DNA from: Candidatus Shapirobacteria bacterium
GTDB lineage: Bacteria; Patescibacteriota; Microgenomatia; UBA12405
Direction: 5' to 3'
Assembly (NCBI GenBank): GCA_041665485.1
Contig: JBAYIT010000001.1
Location: 8,651 to 72,650 of the forward strand
Length of the DNA stretch: 64,000 bases
Shown here: in pieces, positions 59,201 to 64,000 of the stretch
How positions within the stretch are numbered: position 1 is the stretch's first letter
Layout: each line of letters begins with the position of its first letter
Made by a program: the position numbers and the translations under genes
The notes under the pieces: generated by a model
Told to the model about the DNA's origin: nothing
Seen by the model: only the letters and a program-made list of their open reading frames with translations
The model's database searches: none

Positions 59201-59553
59201 TCGATATGACTTTGAACTTTTTAGCATCTGAAAAATACGCAAAATTTATGACAGGCGTTTTGTCAAGTCCTGTACACAAATGGTACTTTTTACAAACCGG
59301 AAGAATTTTTGATAACGGCGGCTTTATGACAAAGGTAGACAGCGTGAGTAATTTCCCCGTACCAACGATTAATGAAGACAATAAATTAATTTTTACTGCA
59401 GTTGAAAAACTAATAGAAAAAATACTTGACATTAAGTCACATAATAAAGAAGCAGATACAATAAAAATTGAAAACGAATTGAACGAACAAGTATATCTAC
59501 TTTATAAACTTACACCGGATGAAATTGAAATTATTAAAGAGGCAACAAAATAA
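56272..59553 (+). CDS. Large gamma-class N6-adenine DNA methyltransferase with TaqI_C-type specificity domain (PglX/Eco57I/MmeI-like architecture)
   Basis: NGGLF helical-domain motif, motif X GSFYTP, motif I ILDPACGSGAFP, motif IV VIGNPPYVQ, C-terminal GIKTGANDVFII (TaqI_C). ATGA start/stop overlap with the upstream gene. Confidence 0.85.
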   Translation: MMQLNNDYQRDDFLKFLEEDFLTDFKRDIRSVNTSSLSSIQKANYLGESRDLDLQVFEFLFEGSPNKRIALTKDAFSVMRSSAIYNALAVFHSPNKKDWRFSLMTATPEPTQKGKVSLSYSNPRRLSFFLGPNAKTNTPTKFLINKGKIIDLEDLKKRFSIEVVNREFYKEISQTFTKLVNGLLKLPSTQDKSQANIDFAVRLIGRVIFCWFLREKKSNTGIALMPKDLLSLEAVKENDDYYHKILEPIFFEVLNKPIKLRKEDFSKEPFSSVPYLNGGLFSPQVDDYYKRTNGDFQSQHHNTLIVPDSWIKSFYEILETYNFTIDENTSYDEELSIDPEMLGRIFENLLAEINPETGESARKSTGSFYTPRIIVNYMVDESLLLYLKENTGIHEEKLRTIISYDLDDDLENPVTTDEKEKIIDALEKVKILDPACGSGAFPIGALQKIVFILQQTDPDGQMWFKKQIKNTSPEIKRVVEREFAHKNFDYIRKLGIIRENIYGIDIQPIATEISRLRCFLTLVVDEGIQEDLENRGIEPLPNLDFKFVTANTLIGLPGSQTINQMGLFEDDAGIKELKELRDMFFNASGTEREQLKLEFVQSQNHMFQRLVSEGRRGHADLTTKLTTWDPFSHKTSSWFDSEWMFGIKDGFNIVIGNPPYVQLQTNGGYLANLYENQSYSTFCRSGDIYSLFYEKGIQLITNKGCLCFISSNKWMRTSYGSKLRSFLSKLNMLNLIDFAGFQVFETAAVDTTIALVQRSENLNKLEAAHFKDNYVQGDDIRDYFNKNKVDLKNLDSEPWFIGGYETISLKSKIEHEGVPIKRWPELSINYGIKTGANDVFIINEEFRNKLINLEPQSASIMKPLLRGLHTKNYYTEWENDYLLYVPWHFPLEGAIKGSSLKAEETFKVQYPRLYEYFHSRKERLLKRNKAETGIRYEWYALQRSGSSYKSDFLKPKVVWMNMNRGWKFAYSERDFYVDMTLNFLASEKYAKFMTGVLSSPVHKWYFLQTGRIFDNGGFMTKVDSVSNFPVPTINEDNKLIFTAVEKLIEKILDIKSHNKEADTIKIENELNEQVYLLYKLTPDEIEIIKEATK

Positions 59554-59556
59554 AAT

Positions 59557-60261
59557 ATGGCTAGAGACACATTTGTTTTGAACATAGATCTTGAGAGTGG
59601 AGGTAGAAGCAGTGCTCAGATAAGCGAATATCCAGATAAGTGTCCAACGTGCCACGAAGGTGGACAGCCAAAGTTTGTTTTGGCTCATTCATTAGGTGCA
59701 GCTTGGGATTATGACGAAGTTATTGAAGCCATTTTTAAATGTCCTATAAATAAGTGTAAAAGATATTATATTGGCTATTATTACAAACCTAGTAGAACAG
59801 GCGATATCTTCTTTCTTAAAGAAACGCTTGCTCCGCAGTTTTGGAAACCAATATACTTTTCAGACGAAATCAAGAATATTAGTTCACGATTTGAAAGAAT
59901 TTACAATCAAGCCGCTATTGCTGAAAACTTTGGTTTGGATGAAATTGCCGGTGGTGGTTACCGAAAGTCATTAGAATTTTTAGTAAAGGATTACCTTATT
60001 TACCTTAAATTAAAGACTAAAACCCAAATAGCCGAATTAAAGCTTAGTAAAGCTGTTGCCTTAATTAATGACAATCGTATCCAAGTTTGTGCTAAAAGAG
60101 CTGCCTGGTTAGGTAATGATGAAATTCATTTCAATCGTGTCTGGGAAAACAAAGATATTCAAAACCTTAAGGAATTAATAAAACTTTCTACTAATTTAAT
60201 GGAAAGTGATGTAATTGCTAAAAAATACGAGAAAGAAATGCCTGAAAAAAAGAAAAATTAA
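59557..60261 (+). CDS. Zinc-ribbon protein with possible HEPN/DUF4145-like C-terminal domain
   Basis: CPTC...CPINKC ribbon. C-terminal ...CAKRAAWLGNDEIHFN weakly resembles DUF4145. Starts 3 nt after the MTase stop. Confidence 0.4.
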   Translation: MARDTFVLNIDLESGGRSSAQISEYPDKCPTCHEGGQPKFVLAHSLGAAWDYDEVIEAIFKCPINKCKRYYIGYYYKPSRTGDIFFLKETLAPQFWKPIYFSDEIKNISSRFERIYNQAAIAENFGLDEIAGGGYRKSLEFLVKDYLIYLKLKTKTQIAELKLSKAVALINDNRIQVCAKRAAWLGNDEIHFNRVWENKDIQNLKELIKLSTNLMESDVIAKKYEKEMPEKKKN

Positions 60262-60265
60262 TTTT

Positions 60266-60499
60266 ATGAATAAATATCAACAAAGAATCAGAAACTTATA
60301 CATTTTTGACGCTAATAAACCTTTTCGTCTCTCCCGGTCAAAAATCGACATGTTTTTGGAGTGTCCCCGTTGTTTTTATCTGGATAGAAGACTGGGGCTT
60401 GGGAGACCAAGCACGCCGAGATGGTCACTAAACACAGTTGTGGATGAACTGCTTAAAATAGAATTTGACTTACTTCGAAAAAAATATGTTTATGCTTAA
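60266..60499 (+). pseudogene. N-terminal fragment of RecB-family (COG2887/PD-(D/E)xK) nuclease, truncated
   Basis: LSRSKIDMFLECPRCFYLDRRLGL matches the conserved N-terminal SPSRxxxFxxCPxxYxxR motif of these ~260-aa nucleases. The ORF stops after ~77 aa and the next ORF is in another frame. Confidence 0.35.
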
Positions 60500-61286
60500 A
60501 ACCTATTTTAAACAACTCATTTCATCGTTAGATTTACTTGGTGGTGCTTTTTCTGGATTAATTTTATTAATCACAGCACTTACCTACTTGTCTTATAATT
60601 TTTCAAAAGCCCCAGTGCTGATTAAGTTAGTTGTTCTGTTCATGGTCTTAGTTATTGTAATTTTTGTTGTTAGGCAGTTCAGGAAAATAAAAGACGTATT
60701 AGACGAGAAAGTTCTAAACAAGGAAATTCAATTTAAAGTTGATAGGGATAAAAAAATCAATAAATTTGACCCTTCAACAATCCCCACAACTTCAGACATT
60801 AAGAAGTGGGTAAAGTTATTGTCTATTAAATCAAGAAAATGGGCGAGTGACGCTAAGATATCGAGTTACACGTTCTACTACACATTAAAGTGGCATAAAT
60901 CTTATGGAGTTAATCACACTTTTGGTATTAGTTTTAATTCTGATGAAAGAGGTGAGAACTTAACTCTTTATATAGAAAGTAACATGGAAATCCTCACAGA
61001 ATCTATTGGTGCTAATAAACCAAAGATATCAATTGACTATGGAGAAGCCCCTTTTTATTTAAAAGTACATAATTGGAGAAAAGCTGTGATTTTCTTGTAT
61101 AGAAGGATGGAAAATAAAGTTGAAGATAGTTTCGAAATAAAAGTATCCAACAGTATGGATAGAAAAATATTCCTTTATTTTAATTATTCTTATGGACCCA
61201 AAAAAATACATTCCAGTTTTCATGGAGAGTACGATGGCAAGATACTAACTCTATATAGGACAGGTGAAAAAATTAATTTAAAATAA
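60465..61286 (+). CDS. Hypothetical membrane protein (2 N-terminal TM)
   Basis: ORF with hydrophobic N-terminus. Confidence 0.4.
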   Translation: MTYFEKNMFMLKTYFKQLISSLDLLGGAFSGLILLITALTYLSYNFSKAPVLIKLVVLFMVLVIVIFVVRQFRKIKDVLDEKVLNKEIQFKVDRDKKINKFDPSTIPTTSDIKKWVKLLSIKSRKWASDAKISSYTFYYTLKWHKSYGVNHTFGISFNSDERGENLTLYIESNMEILTESIGANKPKISIDYGEAPFYLKVHNWRKAVIFLYRRMENKVEDSFEIKVSNSMDRKIFLYFNYSYGPKKIHSSFHGEYDGKILTLYRTGEKINLK

Positions 61287-61288
61287 AT

Positions 61289-61600
61289 ATGCAAGATATT
61301 GATCAAAAAATTAAAAGCGTTCTTCAAGATCTCCGAGAAGCCCACGCAGAGTCGGAAAAGCATTATGCTAAACAAATTATTCCAGGCGAACCCACAAAGC
61401 CACATGATATATACGATATGGCTTTGGCATTTGATACCGAAAAGAAAATACATTTGGAACTTAATCTTGCTAGAAGTGAAAAGTTTCCAGATCGATTCTC
61501 AGTAGAGGAGGTTGAAAGCATAAAAAGGGAAATTAACGAACTTTCTTTTAACATTAAGGCTTGGAGAAATAGAAAATTCCCCTGTCAATTTAAAGAGTAA
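61289..61600 (+). CDS. Small hypothetical protein
   Basis: ORF 2 nt after the previous gene. Confidence 0.35.
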   Translation: MQDIDQKIKSVLQDLREAHAESEKHYAKQIIPGEPTKPHDIYDMALAFDTEKKIHLELNLARSEKFPDRFSVEEVESIKREINELSFNIKAWRNRKFPCQFKE

Positions 61601-61604
61601 AAGT

Positions 61605-62624
61605 ATGACTGACAATATTAAACCAATTATTGAAGACATTAAAGCTCGTGGACTTGCTGCAATCGAAGATGTTGTTGCCAGGAAGGAATCTGAAATGTTT
61701 TTTATCGATTTTAAACTAACACAAAGAGATGATTACTCAAGACAAAGGACTTTATTCGAGTCTGATAAAAAGAATTTAGCAAAAGCAATTTCAGGCTTTG
61801 GAAATTCGGAAGGAGGTTTAATTATATGGGGAGTTGACGCTTCCGGAAGTTCTGATGACTATGCAAAATCAATTAAGTTAATTAAAAATATAGATAATTT
61901 TAAATCTCTCCTTGAGTCGTTTGTCTCTTTATTAACAGTCCCAGCTCATAAAAACGTTGAAAGTTTTGTGGTTAAAAAATCAAATAAGGATACTAATGGT
62001 ATTGCTGTGACTGTTATTCCAAAAGGCAACGAACGCCCTTATCAATGTATTGGTGATTATAAATATTACATGAGAGCCGGAGACTCATTTGTACCTGTCC
62101 CTCATGGGGTCTTACAAGGTATGTTTGGTCAAACTCCTCAACCAAATGTGTTTTGGATGTTTAATATTAGTAAAATTCCTAAAATTGATGAAAGTAAGGC
62201 TATGACTTGGCAAGCGGGACTGATGGCCGTTAATGGAGGCCTTGGAATAGGTGAAGACATTTATGGTTTCGCTCGAGTATGGACTCCAGGTGATAACTCA
62301 GAAATTGGTATCGAACTAATTGATCAGGTGAATTACGATTTTTTTAAAGCATATGGTATTGAATTCAGTTTTATGTCAAAGAAGGATTTTAGGCTTGGAT
62401 GTGAACAAAGGTCACAAATGATGGTTTTAAATTTTTGGCTACGTCCTCCATTTACTAAAGAACTTTATATAGATCTATTAATTGGAGGAAGAAATCAGCA
62501 AATTTATAGAAGGCTTATTAAAAGAAAACCAAAAGAGTTAACTTCTATTTACAAAAAATGCCTTACTGATCCATCAAGTGAACGCATTGAAGAAATATGG
62601 GGAGGCGAAGGAAAGATAGTCTAG
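61605..62624 (+). CDS. AlbA_2 (Schlafen-like, 'divergent AAA') domain protein
   Basis: FESDKKNLAKAISGFGNSEGGLIIWGVD matches the PF04326 core motif. Confidence 0.6.
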   Translation: MTDNIKPIIEDIKARGLAAIEDVVARKESEMFFIDFKLTQRDDYSRQRTLFESDKKNLAKAISGFGNSEGGLIIWGVDASGSSDDYAKSIKLIKNIDNFKSLLESFVSLLTVPAHKNVESFVVKKSNKDTNGIAVTVIPKGNERPYQCIGDYKYYMRAGDSFVPVPHGVLQGMFGQTPQPNVFWMFNISKIPKIDESKAMTWQAGLMAVNGGLGIGEDIYGFARVWTPGDNSEIGIELIDQVNYDFFKAYGIEFSFMSKKDFRLGCEQRSQMMVLNFWLRPPFTKELYIDLLIGGRNQQIYRRLIKRKPKELTSIYKKCLTDPSSERIEEIWGGEGKIV

Positions 62625-62642
62625 TTAGTGACATTCAGTGAT

Positions 62643-64000
62643 ATGGATTATCTAAAAGACAAACGAGAATATATTGACCGCTATGACTTGTGGACCATTG
62701 AGGAATGTTTAAAGTGGTACTGGGATCTTAAAGATAATTTTCAAAAACACCGAAAGAACAAGGAATTTATTAAATATTCTGATGAGGAATTTGACGAAGA
62801 GGTGGGTAAAGTTTTATACCGCTTCTTATTGACTGTCAAAACCCAAAGATTTGAAAATAAACAAAAAACCATTGAAAAGTGGATCGATGACGACAAAAGG
62901 CTTCAAGACAAACAAGACAATACTCAGGCTCCCGAAAATATTAAGTGCCCAATATGCGGCAGGCAAATGGAATTAACCATAAAGGGCTTACACAATACTT
63001 ATGGCAAAGATCCAAAAATGTGGTTTATGTTTGAATGCAAAAAATGTAATAAACGAAGATCGGTTAACGAAGATGGAAGTGAGTGGAAGTACGAAAAACC
63101 AAAATGTCCCAAATGTAAGGCTGTACTAAAAACTGAGAATAAGTACGAGGGTGAGATTGCGACATTCATCGAAGAATGTCCCAAGTGTGGTTACAAAAAC
63201 GTGGATGTCAGCGATCATAAAAAATGGAAACGAGAGCAAGAGGCCAAGGAAAAAAGAAATAAGGAATTATTGGAGAAATATCGGGAGGAGTTTTGTTTAT
63301 CCGAAGAAAAAGGGAAAGAAATGGTTGAGCTAATGGAAGTTTTAGCCTTTGCCCATGAGGTCAGAGAGTTTGAAGCCAGTAAATATGACGATCCGGCTTT
63401 TGAAAAAGCGGCCACAATTAACAAGATTGGTATTGCTGAGGTAGAAAAAACGTTGGGTGAGGTTTTAGAAAAGGAAAGTTACACCAAGTTCTCAACAGAT
63501 AAACCCGAAATTGACCGCTATGTAATCGTCCCGTTTAGTCTTCAGGATGGTGATAGTTTGAGAAATAGAAGAGATACCCTGCGTGAATTAGAAAAGCTTA
63601 TTTGTAAGACCCTTGAGGGGACTAATTGGCGATTATTAAGCGGGAGTTTAATGAACCGACTCGGATTTATTTCGGGAAGATTAAAAGGATACGAACAGGA
63701 GGAAGACTTGCAGGAAATTTGTGGTTACAAAAAAGAGAAAGAGAAGAAAAAGTTGGATCCGGAGAAACTGGCGAAATATGGGAGTAACAATATGGTCCAA
63801 TTGGAAAAGATGCTTGGTGAACATGATGGGGTTGAAAACATGAGAAAGAGAAGACTTGTTAAAGAACCAAATGGATTTTTACTTGACAATACGGGTAGTT
63901 CATATACCTGTACTATTTGCCATGAACAATCACCTACGGGAGAAACATGGTGGTTACCTGATGCCTTGTGGTGTAAGGAGTGTAAAAGAAATATAGATGA
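62643..64000 (+). CDS. Zinc-ribbon-rich protein, 3' end outside window (not in supplied ORF track)
   Basis: Manual translation shows an open frame from ATG 62643 to the window end (>450 aa). It has repeated CxxC pairs (CPICG, CKKCN, CPKCK, CPKCG, CTICH, CKECK). Confidence 0.5.
   Translation, partial: MDYLKDKREYIDRYDLWTIEECLKWYWDLKDNFQKHRKNKEFIKYSDEEFDEEVGKVLYRFLLTVKTQRFENKQKTIEKWIDDDKRLQDKQDNTQAPENIKCPICGRQMELTIKGLHNTYGKDPKMWFMFECKKCNKRRSVNEDGSEWKYEKPKCPKCKAVLKTENKYEGEIATFIEECPKCGYKNVDVSDHKKWKREQEAKEKRNKELLEKYREEFCLSEEKGKEMVELMEVLAFAHEVREFEASKYDDPAFEKAATINKIGIAEVEKTLGEVLEKESYTKFSTDKPEIDRYVIVPFSLQDGDSLRNRRDTLRELEKLICKTLEGTNWRLLSGSLMNRLGFISGRLKGYEQEEDLQEICGYKKEKEKKKLDPEKLAKYGSNNMVQLEKMLGEHDGVENMRKRRLVKEPNGFLLDNTGSSYTCTICHEQSPTGETWWLPDALWCKECKRNID

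Larger units (their letters stand above)
44277..64000. mobile_element. Putative integrated element / defence island adjacent to tRNA-Ser (right boundary not in window)
   Basis: tRNA-Ser, large serine recombinase, XRE repressor, terminase large/small subunits, two orphan DNA MTases (one ParB-fused), excisionase-like HTH, then helicase-nuclease/MTase defence genes. No att repeats were identified by eye. Confidence 0.5.

Overview
Low-GC, gene-dense bacterial chromosome segment. Its gene content (split transketolase, small proteins, duplicated PBP1A, many secreted or membrane hypotheticals, pyruvate phosphate dikinase/enolase/PGAM without full glycolysis) is compatible with a Patescibacteria (CPR)-like organism; this taxonomic call is inference. 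From 1 to about 44.2 kb the window is mostly housekeeping: rpe (5' truncated), cdd, a LOG-family protein, a CapA metallophosphatase, a cell-envelope glycosylation cluster (MraY/WecA-like, GT-C, GT2), two tandem PBP1A paralogs, an MFS transporter, a pfkB-fba-tktC-tktN operon, an ECF sigma factor, an M20 peptidase, a UDG-family protein, an HD hydrolase, tRNA-Cys, ppdK, groES-groEL with a CIRCE-like operator, a GH25 lysozyme, VapBC, a NUDIX protein, eno, a four-helix-bundle 'IVS' gene bracketed by inverted repeats, a PGAM-family protein, MacAB-type efflux components, and a RIO-type kinase. A tRNA-Ser(GCT) at 44277-44364 begins what looks like an integrated, phage-derived island: large serine recombinase, XRE repressor, terminase large and small subunits, and two beta-class DNA methyltransferases, one fused to ParB. 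That island leads into a compact defence-like operon: a small excisionase-type HTH gene, then a 1094-aa PLD(HKD)-nuclease/SNF2-helicase fusion whose stop overlaps (ATGA) the start of a 1093-aa PglX/Eco57I-like gamma-class N6-adenine methyltransferase with a TaqI_C specificity domain. These are followed by a zinc-ribbon protein with a possible HEPN/DUF4145-like C-terminus, a RecB-family nuclease fragment, an AlbA_2/Schlafen-like protein, and a large zinc-ribbon-rich ORF that runs off the window end. The helicase-nuclease plus adenine-MTase pairing resembles the DrmD/DrmMI/DrmC parts of class-1 DISARM, but no DrmA/DrmB core is present. I regard it as the most likely undescribed system in the window.
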